A DNA stretch of 64,000 nt from Octopus sinensis. Lineage: Eukaryota. The notes under the pieces were generated by a model. The model ran no database searches. It saw only the letters and a program-made list of their open reading frames with translations, and was not told the DNA's origin. Positions 42,200 to 56,032 of this stretch are shown one piece after another. Within the stretch, counting starts at the first letter, position 1; each line of letters opens with the position of its first letter. The DNA is taken from NCBI RefSeq assembly GCF_006345805.1, contig NW_021834228.1, positions 1 through 64,000 of the forward strand, read 5' to 3'. Position numbers and translations under genes: made by a program.

Positions 42200-43325
42200 A
42201 TGAATTGTTTACTGTATCCATCATGACTTCTGCTCAGGAAGAAGCCGCTTTACACAGCCTGTGCCTCATTATGATTCTGTGTTGAAACAAAGAAATGAAT
42301 CGTGGATGTAACATATCGCGATTTTGCAAAGGTCTTTGATACGTTTGGTCAAGGGGTAATATGTCACAAGCTATGGAGACTTGGCACAGCCGGAGAACAT
42401 AGCGTTGTTGCTTGACTTCTTAACATTCATGAAGCTGTCTGTGCTATCTAATGGAGCCTTTCCAAGGAGACAGTAATAGAGAGTGAAGTGCTCATGGGAA
42501 CTGTATTAGGGCCGCCTCTGTTCATGGTTGCTATTTCAGACATGCCGTCACACAGACAGCAAAAGCTGCCGCAACAATGTTATTTTGACCTAAATGAGTG
42601 GCAATCCCAGATTCACATACGGTGCTTGATCTAGCAATTGATATGATCAACGATGCCACGGTTCGAATGCATGTCACCAAGATGGTGGCAGTGTGCAGGT
42701 AAATGGCCGGATGGATTATCAGAAATTTCGGAACAAGGGACCAGGAAACTATGCTGGTTCTATGGAAGATATTTTTCTAAGCCGTCTAGACTATTGCTCT
42801 CAACTGTGGTCACCCTACAGGGTCAGATTAACACCGGAACTTGAGACAGTTTGGCGATGTTAAACAAAGAATATTGTTCCAATAGAGCAGATCAGCTACT
42901 GAGAGACACTGAAAGAACGACAAATCCCTGGAGCAAAGATTATTCAGTGATAAATATATGTATGGAAGATCCTGGTGGAGCTGGCACCAATCATTTGAAT
43001 CTAGAGATATACGAGACAAGGAACTGAATGACACTGGAGAGTGGACCATGTACTGAAATAGCTATAGATAAAAAGTCCCTCAGTAATTCCATGCTTTGTT
43101 AAAACATCTGATAGTTCTTCATTGGGCAGGGGTAGATGTTTTCAAGAAACAGATGAAGCTCCCGCTAATCTAGGTCTGAAATTAACCAATTTCAAGATCA
43201 AAACAAAGTAGGAGTATCAGGCTCTTTTTTTCATCGAAAGCCAATCACATAGGTTTGGGCGTTAAATAGCTGATCACACTAGCGGTGCTCTATCTGGGCA
43301 AGAGCCTTGGAGCGAAAACATGTAA
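42200..43325 (+). pseudogene. Decayed CR1-type LINE reverse transcriptase and 3' end
   Basis: Broken frames HHDFCSGRS, VDVTYRDFAKVFD, GTVLGPPLFMVAISDMPS, LSRLDYCSQLWSP; degenerate tail gcggtgctct...gagccttggagcgaaaacat. Confidence 0.85.
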
Positions 43326-43376
43326 TAACATAATGTGTGAAAGAATATATATAAGTAGATATGTGTATATATATAT

Positions 43377-43443
<67 letters not shown>

Positions 43444-43545
43444 ATCAATATAGGGTGGCAAAAAATTTAGTAGAATTTTTTGCCACCAGCGGCCTAGTGG
43501 GTGAATGGCCTATTATGGCCGTTCCTTGATTGTGATGATATATAT

Positions 43546-43578
<33 letters not shown>

Positions 43579-43622
43579 CATACATATATATGTATATATA
43601 TATATATATTATATATATATGC

Positions 43623-43660
<38 letters not shown>

Positions 43661-44167
43661 ATATATATATTATATATATATATATATCTATATATATATA
43701 TATATATATCAGTTTGTGAATTGGTAGATTACAATATATGTGTTTGATTATGTGCTTGCATGTGTGCGTGTATTTCTGCGTGTGTGTGCATGTGTGTGTT
43801 TTATGTATATTGGCTGTAAGACAGATAGTTTAGATAATTGCACGCTTACACCATTGTTGCATGCGTTGGTAAAACGAAGGCACGTATATATGTATATACA
43901 TATATGCATCAATACCAATGGGTATAACATATTTTGTATATACACATATGTGTCTATTTTCATCAACATATATATATATATTATATATATATAATAATAA
44001 TATTAGGGAATATATCCAAATTTACAGGGAAAAAAATCAGATTTAGGATTAATCCAATTTTATAGTAAAATATTATAAATATTATTGAGACAAAACCACT
44101 ATTTTGCAAAACAAACAAGGAAAGACTTAATCAATACATAAAATTTAATAAATAGTCAAAAAAACCG

Positions 44168-44209
44168 CCACTACATCGTTTCTTGTCTTAATCGACAATC
44201 TTCAGGTGG
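44168..44209 (-). ncRNA. Minimal Type I hammerhead ribozyme
   Basis: CCAC-CUGAAGA-UUGUC gauuaa GACAA-GAAA-C gau G-UA-GUGG. Confidence 0.75.
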
Positions 44210-44262
44210 ACTTCCAATAATTCAGTTACAATTATGAAGTTTGTAACTGAATTATTGGAAGT

Positions 44263-44306
44263 CCACCTGAAGATTGTCGATTAAGACAAGAAAACGATTG
44301 TAGTGG
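44263..44306 (+). ncRNA. Minimal Type I hammerhead ribozyme (extra A after GAAA)
   Basis: CCAC-CUGAAGA-UUGUC gauuaa GACAA-GAAAA-C gauu G-UA-GUGG. Confidence 0.65.
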
Positions 44307-44417
44307 CGGTTTTTTTGACTATTTATTAAATTTTATGTATTGATTAAGTCTTTCCTTGTTTGTTTTGCAAAATAGTGGTTTTGTCTCAATATATTTATAT
44401 ATATATTATATATATAT

Positions 44418-44646
44418 AACGGGAAGCTTTATGAAAATAAACAAAAGACGAAGGCAGGTGGAAAACAAACGAACAATTGTATTAGTATGGCGCTCAGGAA
44501 ATATAAATAAAACAAGTCTTTAACGTTTCGAGCCTACGCTCTTCAACAGAAAGATACACAGAGAGAGAAAAACACAGAAAGAAGGAGAAAAAAAAATGCG
44601 TGCAGTAGCTAACGAATCAACATGGCGATCTGATTTCGGCCAGAGG

Positions 44647-44648
<2 letters not shown>
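44418..44648 (-). mobile_element. Penelope-like pLTR remnant with a variant hammerhead-like motif at 44517-44554
   Basis: Minus strand UCUUU-CUGUUGAA-GAGC guag GCUC-GAAA-CG-UU-AAAGA. Confidence 0.6.
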
Positions 44649-44719
<71 letters not shown>

Positions 44720-46656
44720 TAGTTGATATATATATTTACCTATGAGTATATGGATGTGTGTATTTATGTAAATATACATGTATGTAAAATTGTATGTGTG
44801 TATATCATTGATAACTAATCTAGTGTCAAATAAAACGTGTTGAAATATGTGAATACGTGTAGAAATTATTTCTATTAACGAAATAACAATTCACAGCTTG
44901 ACACTTCTCGCATACAGTTACAATACCAACGCAAAATACCTCTTATATTAATGTCTATCTTATTGCAAGCGTGTTCATAAATAAATTGTACAAACTTTAA
45001 AAAAAATATATCGATATATTCTATATACTACACAGTTATATGTTCATAAAGATATACGACTTGATATCAGCTTACGAATCAATATAATTTATATTTATTG
45101 TAATTCTCTGTATGATTATTTCGTCAGATAATATATCAATGTAATATACAAATATTAACTTAAATCTCCGTTCATTAACGAATTTGTCTGAATAATATTC
45201 TGAATATTTGTTTAGGTATGGGTTGTTTTGGTTCCGGTAGATGTTTTATATTTGATAATTAATAAACTTATAACACTCGTTCACATACAGACACACATGC
45301 ACACAAACACACATAAATACACACATACAAACTGACGCAAATATACACACATGCCCGCAGACACACTCGCACGTTCACCGTTAAACAGTAAAACATACGT
45401 TTTTATATACATGTATACGTAGAAATTTACGTGTATGTCTATGTGTGTATGTGTGTGTGTTTTATGTATTTTTAGGCAAATAATTTACTCTAGATACATA
45501 TACCTATCTATCCTTACGTACATATATACGTACATAAATATGATACATGCATATCCGTATTATGTACGTCTCCGTATGTTAACATGCGTATTTCTCGATA
45601 TTTTATATGGGCGGGTGTTTGTATGCGCGTGTATGTATGTGTTTTAATATGTGGAACGGAAATCCGTATATATTTGTAGTGCAAACTAATAGTTATATTG
45701 ATATTAATGCATAAAACTATTGTTACAATAAAATTTTTGCGATACATAGCCTGAATTTTCAAATTAATTTTGTTAATAAAGAACAATTTAGGAATAGAAT
45801 ATTATGTATACTGAATTCGTGTTTGGCACAAACACTTAAAATAATATATTGACTAATAATTTAATGGTTTTTTTTAAAATATTTTCACATGACATTAAAA
45901 TATGAATGACGTATATGTGTTTCGAATAGGAAAAATGTCTTCCGAAAGTGGTTTTCACGAGGCTATAACATAGCGTATATTTTCCTATTAAAATACGTTA
46001 GAACTTATATACCACTACAGTATGATAGTAGCAAAACTATCGTTTACCTCTCGCATTTACTGCAAACTACAGGTTCAGTATAATTGATGTAAACTTAATC
46101 TTTGACTGTACTTGTCCACAAGCTAAATTCATAATAGTATGAAATATTCTAAGATATTTTTTACTTACTTTCGGCGCCTGTTTTATTTCTATTATCTTAT
46201 TCTTCCGCTTATTGCAATGAAAACATACAGAAGACATTGACCAAGTGGATTTTCAAGGAATATATCGAACGAAACACTAATTTGGAGCTATTTGAAAGAA
46301 AATATAATTCTCTACACTTACATAAACCCTTATTCTTCACAATAGGTACGAGTGTGCATGTTTGTGCGTCGATGGGTATTTCTGTGTGTATTTATATAAA
46401 AACGCAGATACAAACGGCCATAGAGGAGGAGATGAAGTTTCTTTATATATACAGGACAACGAAGCGCTCAGGACATTTGATCAATAGGAAAAAGAGGAAA
46501 ATATTGATGAGAAACAGAAGGCTGGTTACCCCAAAGCTTATAATAAAATATATTCCATTATAAAAATTGTGCACATAATCATACAATAAAAGAATATAGA
46601 AGTACTGGCAGAGATACACGGTGTTGCTAGGGATTAAAATGGTAATTATATATATA

Positions 46657-46700
<44 letters not shown>

Positions 46701-46746
46701 AAACAAGTCAAGATAGAAAATCCTAAAATAAATTTATAAAGAACAT

Positions 46747-46787
46747 TTCAGTACCGGTTTCGGCCATTTGAGACCTTTTCAACTGTA
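46747..46787 (-). ncRNA. Minimal Type I hammerhead with a U3-A8 covariant core
   Basis: CAG-UUGAAAA-GGUC ucaaau GGCC-GAAA-CCGG-UA-CUG. Confidence 0.7.
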
Positions 46788-46921
46788 ACAATTGAATAAT
46801 TAAATTTAGAAAAATTAGAAGAAAAGTTTTTTTTAAAAGTATATTTGAATAGTGTTCAACTATAAGTGCCATTTTCCTTGTTTCTGCCTTTCTCTGTTTC
46901 TATATATATATATATAACAAG

Positions 46922-46994
46922 TGAAAGACAGAACATGGAATAAACGAGAATATATTAATAATATATTCTCGTTTATTCCATCTTCTGTCTTTCA
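46922..46994. repeat. 35-bp-arm palindrome with a 3-nt loop
   Basis: tgaaagacagaacatggaataaacgagaatatatt-aat-aatatattctcgtttattccatcttctgtctttca; one mismatch. Confidence 0.92.
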
Positions 46995-48523
46995 TTCGTT
47001 ATTTACCTAATGAACACTCTGAAATGACTATGCTTTACCAGTAAGCTACCAGGTGTAAACCATTCGTTTTGTATACATATATATATGTTACACTTATGTT
47101 CAGGCGGTCAGCGCTGCGTCTAACGCGACCCATATTATGATTGATAGTCAAATGAATGGAGGTGTAATGGGGATTTTGTACATAAATGGGTACATTACGG
47201 AAATAGGGTGCAATGGGGGACGACAACGGGGATATGAACTGCTGAAATCATGCAGAATGCGAAGGTTTTTCATTGGATTGCTAGTGTGGCTGTAGAATAA
47301 CGAACGTAAAGTGAGCCTTTGCTGTCGCATGAGAATATGTAATAATGAATTGCTTGAAAAAAATAACGCATAATGTCCTACCGCTTGGTATGTATACAGC
47401 ATGTCTGTATTTGTGTATGCAGTGTAAATTATAGGAAATATAAGCAAATGAACGAAATAGAAGCACATGTATGGAACTGGTAATTTAACAGTAAATTCCA
47501 CAATAATTATTAAAAAGAAGCAGAGAAATATGTATATATATATATGATAATTTTCTTAATCTAAGGGCAAATATGTAATTGAAAACTACTTTGCAACCTT
47601 GCAACTGCTGCGACGATTATTAACTAATTATGGAATACTAAAAGTGTATTTGTATATATATGTATTGGATCTTGCGTCACACAGAACAAGATGTAGATTA
47701 TAGGCACACCTACAAAAAAACATACGTTCTTATCTCTCTCTCTCTTTCTATCTATCTAACTATCTCTCCAACTATATATCTATGCATCTGTCTATCTATG
47801 CATCTATCTATATATGCATGTATGTGCATTTACACATAAACATAGACAGACAAAGCGGAAGATAATAGAAACATTCGATACTAGTTGGATACATGCCTTG
47901 CTACATCTAGGAAAGGATATTTAGAAAGAGAAAGCGAATACTTTAAATATATATATATACGTATTTATATATAAAAATACATACACACACACATATATAT
48001 ATATATATGCATATGCATGTATGTATATATATGTATATACATACACATATAAACATAACCATGTAGGGACTTTTCTGTGAATGTTTGCATACATGTATAT
48101 ATTGATGGATTGGTGCGCACACATATGTATATATATATGTCCTTCTATGTGTAAGGAGTTATGTTTGGAATTGTAACCTGTATAAGCAGATACACACACA
48201 CTTATGAAAATACGCAGTCATACATATATGACGGCGTGTGTATCGTTGGCGATTTTCTTTCTCCGTCTCCCCTTCCTTTGACCTTTCCTTTTTCTATATT
48301 TTGACGAGGAGCGCCGCACGAAATGTTAAATCCTCCTTCTTTATTTCGTTTCCTGAGCGTCCAATAACACTATACTTGTTCCACGTCCTCAAGTTGTGTT
48401 TTCTCTTTGTATTTTCATGTTTGGATTAACTATATATATATAGAGAGAGAGAGATAGATATAGATATATATATACGTATATACATATATAAACACATATA
48501 AATTCATATAATTATATATATGT

Positions 48524-48591
<68 letters not shown>

Positions 48592-50039
48592 AAGAGAGAG
48601 AGAGAGAGAAATAGAGATGGAATCCTGTATACATATATATATACAGATATAAACATATATATTTACATATATATATATATATGTGTGTGTATGTGTGTGT
48701 GTATACATAATGCACACACTCACACACACATATACATACACACACACGCACACATATATACACACACATTTATATGTACACACACATAACCAAATATATG
48801 TATTATCTTAAAATAATATTCATTGGGAATATGCCAAGAAGAAATATTTTCTATTGAGAATAAATGTTTCCCTTGATATATTAGATTTTCTTTTTTTGTT
48901 ACTATGTCTACTTTGAATAACGTTCTTTGTTATAAAGAAAAATCTTTGAATATTTTATCGCAAATATTTTGTTGTTGAAATGGTTGTACATATTTCTGAA
49001 AACATGTTTAGGCTTAACTCCAATTCTTCACTCCAAAATTTCTCTCAACTCTATTCGAAAGGAATTTCTTTTTATATATTTTTCGGATTCCTGATGTGTG
49101 TATCTTGTATAAGACTGTATTCAACCAGATCTGATACTTTTCTGCAGATCTTCGGCTTTAACCGCCGGACCCATTTCCAAACTCCCGTCTAATGAAGCAG
49201 CGGCTATCATAGCACTATTCCTATGATGTTTCAATCGTGTACTGTATTTAATTTTGGCGGATATGGAATCATTATTTTTTGGAACAGCAGTAATAACGCA
49301 ACAACTCCATTTTCAGATCCAAGTATCCTTTATATAATCGTTCGCCTTCACAGATTTTTACTAAAACATCTAGTTTTAGACATAAATCTTGCTTCAACTC
49401 ATAAACAGTAAGAAAGTGTTGCATGATTCTGTGTGCCAAACAGGAAAAAGAAAAAACAAAGGCAAACATATCTTTTTCTCTTAAGGTAATTTTCATATCT
49501 CTTTTCAATTTAAATACCTGTAAAAACTTGTAAAATATTTGCCTCTCACCAAATAAATTTTACAATCTAATTATCGAAAATGCCGTTAAATATTCACATT
49601 GTTTCCCTTTACCGTGAGCATAAATTAATTCGAAATGCCCTTATTGCTTTTGTAAAACGAATGTACAAATGAAAAAACTATCGACGCCCTTCCTCCTTCC
49701 AAATCTAGTTGAAACATCATATGATCGTCCTTACACAAAACAAAATTAATTGCAGTATTACCTCCATTGTAAAAGAAAACAATTCTTACCTGGAGATATA
49801 TCAAATACCATAATTATATATTTTACTATATGATTTAAGGTTTAAATTAACGGAATGATATAAAAAAAATACAAGGCAATGAAAGTTGTCAGAACATTTA
49901 CAAAGAGATTTTTCAGCTTTTCCTGGAAATTTTATATATCCCTTCATCAGAAACGGTGCAAGAAAATGTTTGATAGTTATTATAGAGATGTGAAATACAG
50001 AGTGAAGTAGAGGAATGAAAACAGACGTTAGATATGTAA

Positions 50040-50101
<62 letters not shown>

Positions 50102-50144
50102 TATATATATATAATATATATATATATATATTATATATATATAT

Positions 50145-50177
<33 letters not shown>

Positions 50178-50248
50178 CATAAAACAACACATTGGCCAAC
50201 CGACGCTATATTATTTGATGACTGTGTCATTGATGATTTAATTTGTCT

Positions 50249-50412
50249 CAGGTGGTGAGCTGGCAGAACAGTTAGCACGCCTGGCGAAATAATTAGTGGT
50301 ATTTCGTCTGCCTTTACGTTCTATGTTCAAATTCCGCCGAGGTCGACTTTGCTTTTCATCATTTCGGTGTCAATCAATTAAAGTACATGTTGCGTACTGG
50401 GATCGATCTAAT
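50249..50412 (+). mobile_element. SINE family D, degenerate
   Basis: ggtggtgagctggcagaacagttagcacgcc...gttcaaattccgccgaggtcgactttgc. Confidence 0.8.
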
Positions 50413-51624
50413 CCACCCCTCCGCAAAAATTTGTGCCGAGAGAAGAAAATAATTTCTTACTCCTGTCATCATAGTCTACATGGTTATATACCTACACACA
50501 CAAACACTTGCATAAACTCATATATTTGTACACCACCTCATATTCCAACTGATATCCATTGGTTTGAATAAAATAACATTTTTCGTGTCCTGAGTTTCAG
50601 ACGTGATACACAAGGCATATTTCCCTAGTGTCGATGAATTATGTATTATACATGTTCCTAATTTGGGTTCAACCACCGGTGAAACGTGGGACTTATGAAG
50701 CGAAAATTTCATGTAAGTCGAAACGTATGGAAAAAGACTAACTGTAATCCTGAAAAAAAAATCGTGAATGTTTGGAGCAAATTTATGAAATGTTTTCGGA
50801 AATGCAAAGAGATAAAGTTAGACTTCTTTTTACTACTTTTAAGGTAACAAACGCATATCATTCTAATGACAAGACAATAAATAAAATACGAATAAAATGA
50901 ATGTAGATATTGCAATAAACGAAGATTTTGTCTTTGCAACAAATTAAGTTGACGCAATTTTTTAAATCATTTAAGGCAATTACATATGAAGACATTTATC
51001 AGAATGACATAAGACAACTGCGTCAGCAAAAAAGTTATTCACATGAACGTTGATCCTATTTTAGGTGCATCTGGCAGAATTGTTAAGAGTAAAGATGAGA
51101 AAATTAAAATTAAGATGACTGATAAAAATGCCAATTGCAGTAGGGCAACAAAAGCGTTATATATTTATCCATTATATATTGCGGACTAATTTTTAGAGGA
51201 AAAAAATCCTAGTAAAGGAGTTATAATATAAATACTATTAGCAAATTTTTAACAATATTAATGAAACGAGATCACTAATCTAACGGGAATGTTCGAAGGT
51301 AGAATAAATTTTTAGTATCATTTGTTCATCATAATTTTTTTATACATTATTCTTTTTTTCATCTACTGAAAAATAAAATCGACATCGGAAACATCAGACC
51401 ACGGAGTGTGGAACTATACTGCTGAGATGCTGCATTAGCTTTTGGGTGTAGAATGAGTATGATATGAGTTGTTAAATTCTCCACTAATGTAATAGTTACA
51501 CTTATAACTTAGAAAGCGCTTGTTCGGTTATTTTAACTATTTGCAAATACTTTAGAAATCCGTTCCATTATATATATATATATATATATATATATGCTAA
51601 AAAGCATTCGTGAAGTAAAACCAT

Positions 51625-51695
51625 GTAGCAACACCAAATGGCGATGCCCCAGCATGGCCACAGCTCGTGAGCTGAAACTAGAATCAATCAATCAA
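51625..51695 (+). mobile_element. Isolated LINE/SINE-type 3' tail with (aatc)n
   Basis: ggcgatgccccagcatggccacagctcgtgagctgaaactagaatcaatcaatcaatc. Confidence 0.65.
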
Positions 51696-51990
51696 TCAAT
51701 ATATATACCTTATTATTATTTTATTGTATTTTGTATTTATATTCGTGTAACATCGTCGTCCTTGTTTTCGTATACATTCGATGCTTCATATTCTAAGCTT
51801 AGCTTTTCCTTGGGGCTGGCCAGATTGGAGCAATCTCTAGACTAATCAGCCGAAATTTCGAGGATGATCCGGTTCTTGATGGAGGATAGAAAGCTTCGAA
51901 TGACCCGTCCTTGTTTTTTTGTATTGTCTATCTGGATGTTTTGTTGTCCATTTTTCTTTCACCTAGTTGTCCGGATGTTTTGCGTTCTTG

Positions 51991-52021
<31 letters not shown>

Positions 52022-52022
52022 G

Positions 52023-52058
<36 letters not shown>

Positions 52059-52247
52059 ACTGTGTTTGTGAGAGTACCATACTTTTATAAAGAATGCATT
52101 GTCAGTAACTTCCCATTTCTCATAGTGATTTATTCAGAGTATTATAACTCGACATAAAACAAACATGGCTCTCTATATGCATATACACATATATGTGTAT
52201 ATATGTATATATATATGCGTGTGTGAGTGTGTGTGTGCGTGTATATA

Positions 52248-52296
<49 letters not shown>

Positions 52297-53172
52297 GACA
52301 TTTACGGCCAAATAATTTTAAGTATACGTACATAATATCATTGACGTGTAATTCAAATATTATGTGCGTATGATATCAGGGCATAGGATATCAAATATAC
52401 GGTTATGGTATTGCCTCAGGTTTGAGTGGAAGTTTGAATTCTTCGAGGCGTTAATCTCACCAGTTAAGGTCAACTATTCAGAGCATAGATATTTCTCGGT
52501 TATGAGAATTGAAGTTGAAAGATAGGAAGAAATCGCCTTGTACTGCAGCTATAGCTATTCAAGTAGAAATATTTATTAATTGAAATATAAACCCGATCTA
52601 AGATCATCTTGGCAAAATGCCACTGTATGTTCAACACGATTAATTATTTATGTAGAGGACGAGGAATTATTTAATTATATCGAAGAATTAAAAGATAACA
52701 GAAATATTCTCACCAGCATCAACCCACATATCTAAATCTTAACATTAACGCAAATACGTTTGCTTTATATGAATGTGATATTTTATATTGCAGTGCTTAC
52801 TTATAAATGCATTATTTCGCCCACTCAGTTCCTGTGTCAAAATCATAGTTTCCAACCAGCAATAAATCATAAATACAAAAAGAAAAGGACAAAACAGCAA
52901 AGTATAGGTGTATTTCATAAAGCTATATGTATGTACAACTGCCATGTTTTCTTAGTAATGCTCAACCGCCCACCTCATTGTAAGCAAAGTGCTAAGATAC
53001 ATCCGAAGCTTAATTATATGACCGAAAGGAATTTTCAGATGTCTGATATAGAATAATGCCACGAGCAAGCTGCAGAATTATGGTAATGAGAAATACCAAA
53101 AGAAATTCCGTGAAACTTCGGAAATACTATGTTGTACGTTTGCAAAACGTTAAGGCATTTATATATATATAT

Positions 53173-53364
53173 AGGAAAAGTTTACGAAAAAAAACAAAAG
53201 ACGAACACAGATGGTGTACAAAACAAACAGATGTATTAGTATAGCGCTCAGGAATAGAAAAAGTCTTTTACGTTTCGAGCCTACGCTCTTCTACAGAAAG
53301 GTACACAGAAAAAACAAGGAGACAAAAAAAATGCGTGTAGTAGTGGCTAAAGATCTATCATGGC

Positions 53365-53365
<1 letters not shown>
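53173..53365 (-). mobile_element. Penelope-like pLTR remnant with a variant hammerhead-like motif at 53265-53300
   Basis: Minus strand CUUU-CUGUAGAA-GAGC guag GCUC-GAAA-CG-UA-AAAG. Confidence 0.6.
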
Positions 53366-53438
<73 letters not shown>

Positions 53439-53727
53439 CTTACGTGAAGGCGTGTGTTCAATTCCACTCAGCTGGCAAAAATAAGTAGTACATGTATTTC
53501 AAAGGGCACCCTTGTCAAACTGTGTCACGCTGAATCTCCCTAAGATCTACTTTTAGGGTTCACGTGTCTGTAGTGTGCTTAGTCACTTGCACGCTGCTTT
53601 CACTGGTAAGATGTCCGTTTTCTCCGATATATATATATATGTATAGAAAATTATATATATAATTATAAGATCGTTAATTAAAATACCGATCTTATCAGCA
53701 TAGGAATAAAAAGGTAATAATTATTTT

Positions 53728-53881
53728 AAAATTATAATTTAGGGTATCTAAGAGATACCTCCACGCTAGAAATAACAACTAAAACCACATGAAATTGAAC
53801 ATTTACTGTGGCATTAGAGTCAAGTTTTGACTGCTATTTTCAGTGTGGAGGTATATCTTAGATACGCTAAATTATAATTTT
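53728..53881. mobile_element. Small MITE with ~58-bp TIRs
   Basis: aaaattataatttagggtatctaagagatacctccac... vs ...gtggaggtatatcttagatacgctaaattataatttt. Confidence 0.75.
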
Positions 53882-53921
53882 AGATATATATATGTATATA
53901 CATATATGTATATATATATAT

Positions 53922-53966
<45 letters not shown>

Positions 53967-53972
53967 ACTATC

Positions 53973-54019
<47 letters not shown>

Positions 54020-54130
54020 ATAATAGTGGTTTTATCTCTAATTTTAATATAATATAATATATTTATACTATAAAATTGGATTTAATCCTAAATCTAATTA
54101 CTCCCTGTAAGTTTGGATTTATTCCCTAAT

Positions 54131-54161
<31 letters not shown>

Positions 54162-54734
54162 TATAATATATATAATATATATATATACATATGTAAAGAG
54201 AGAGAGAGAGAGAGAGATGCAATAAGATAGATATATAATATTGACATATATATATATATATATATACCTATCTATCTCCCTCTCTCTCCCTCTCTTTCTC
54301 CCCCTCTCTTTTCCATCTCTCTCTATGTATTTATGTATGTACGTATGCATGTTTGCATGTATGTGTGATAAATGTGTGAATATATAACCAGGAAATGTAG
54401 ACCGGTAGATATGAACTTAAATGTAATTACGTTTGATTTACTTAGATGCCTTCTTGATAAATATCAGCGAGTTTCGTTTCCACTCCGACTCACGTGAATA
54501 CTTATCGCTTCTATATAAACGCATGTAACTGAATGATAATTATCTTTGGCAGGATACTGACATCGGAGCTGGTTAACCAGTTTCAAATCACGGTTGAGTG
54601 AGGGTGCTTGAGTATATCATGGTTTCCATATAAACAATATCATTCCAAAAAAATCGTGACTAGAAAACAATCGAAGAAATGTTATTCCCACGTAAACGTA
54701 AGTCCTGGCAGAGAGCCAGGATAATTATTTGTAG

Positions 54735-54802
54735 AATTAGTGAATGAAGATTTTTGCAGAAAATCTTACGCCATCATGCAGAATCTGCATCCTCAAATGC
54801 AG
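54735..54802 (+). CDS. Putative 68-nt exon (LVNEDFCRKSYAIMQNLHPQMQ)
   Basis: ttatttgtag| acceptor, CAG|GTAAGT consensus donor, open frame, phase 1 to 0. Confidence 0.5.
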
Positions 54803-54855
54803 GTAAGTCGCAATTGTTTTATGTATAAATTACATTATTGAGAACGTACATTATT

Positions 54856-55016
54856 CAGGAGTGGCTGTAAGGTAAGTAGCTTGCTTACCAACCACATGGT
54901 TCTGGGTTCATTCCCACTGCGTGGTGACTTGGGCAAGTGTTTTCTACTATAGCCTCGGACCGACCAAATCCTTGAGTGTGGATTTGGTAGACGGAAACTG
55001 AAAGAAGCCTGTCGTA

Positions 55017-55072
<56 letters not shown>

Positions 55073-55290
55073 GTGTGTGTGTGTGTGGAGTCTGTGTGTG
55101 CGTATGTGTATGTGTGTGAGTGTAAATGTTTGTGTATCTGTGTTTTTCCCCCACAATATCGCTTGACAACCGTCCATGTAACTCAGTGGTTCGGCAAAAT
55201 ACGCCGATAGAATAAATCTTGGGATCGATTTTCTCGACTAAAGGCGGTGCTCCGGCACGGCCGCAGTCAAATGACTGAAACAAGTAAAGA
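54856..55290 (+). mobile_element. SINE family A
   Basis: Head, internal (TA)(TG), partly deleted 3' half, tail. Confidence 0.9.
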
Positions 55291-55495
55291 GATACCTAAT
55301 TGCCTGCGAACACTTACTGGTATGATTCAGATTTTCATTTCGAAAATTTTGCGGTGCTATTACAATCAACAAATTTTGCTTCTCGGAGATTCTTTAAAAA
55401 GTAAATGGAAGGAAAACCATATGCTTATTTTATGCAATAACTACCCATCATTCCGGATTGATAATGGCATGCACTTACGAATCTCTCTTTCACAG

Positions 55496-55576
55496 ATGAG
55501 ATATCAGCAGCAAGTGTTAAGTGACATCGGAGGCAGTGCAATGTTTGGCGTACATAGACTGCTAGGTGCCAATTAG
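55496..55576 (+). CDS. Putative exon (MRYQQQVLSDIGGSAMFGVHRLLGAN*), 3' boundary uncertain
   Basis: cttac...tctctctttcacag| strong acceptor 693 nt after the 54802 donor; phase 0 frame is open. Confidence 0.35.
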   Translation: MRYQQQVLSDIGGSAMFGVHRLLGAN

Positions 55577-55680
55577 AAAAAAAGTGTTATTTGAAAACAT
55601 TTTGCTTACAACATTCGAATATATATATACATACCCACATACACACATACACACGCAATAAACAAACATACACACACACA

Positions 55681-55740
<60 letters not shown>

Positions 55741-55907
55741 ATCCAAGGGGAGGCAATAGGAGCAACAGCCACAGGAACACCACAAAATTCAAAGATAGGC
55801 CAAACCATGCAAATCTTATATACTAGTTTATATTTATACTCTTTGGAGCACTTCTACTTCCAGTCCATTGTATATCTTGAGTGTTGCTGTCACTCAAGCT
55901 ATAACTT

Positions 55908-55955
<48 letters not shown>

Positions 55956-55992
55956 GAGAGAGAGAGAGAGAAAGAGAGAGAGGGCGGGAGAT

Positions 55993-56032
<40 letters not shown>

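Larger units (their letters stand above)
43993..44390. mobile_element. Penelope-like fold-back palindrome with two divergent hammerheads
   Basis: Arms 44084-44231 and 44241-44390, 9-nt loop. Confidence 0.88.

Noticed and set aside
49909-49953. Minus-strand CUGAUGA-AGGGA...UCCA-GGAAA motif
   Set aside because: Probably a decayed pLTR hammerhead, but stem III and the cleavage triplet are broken, so it is not called.
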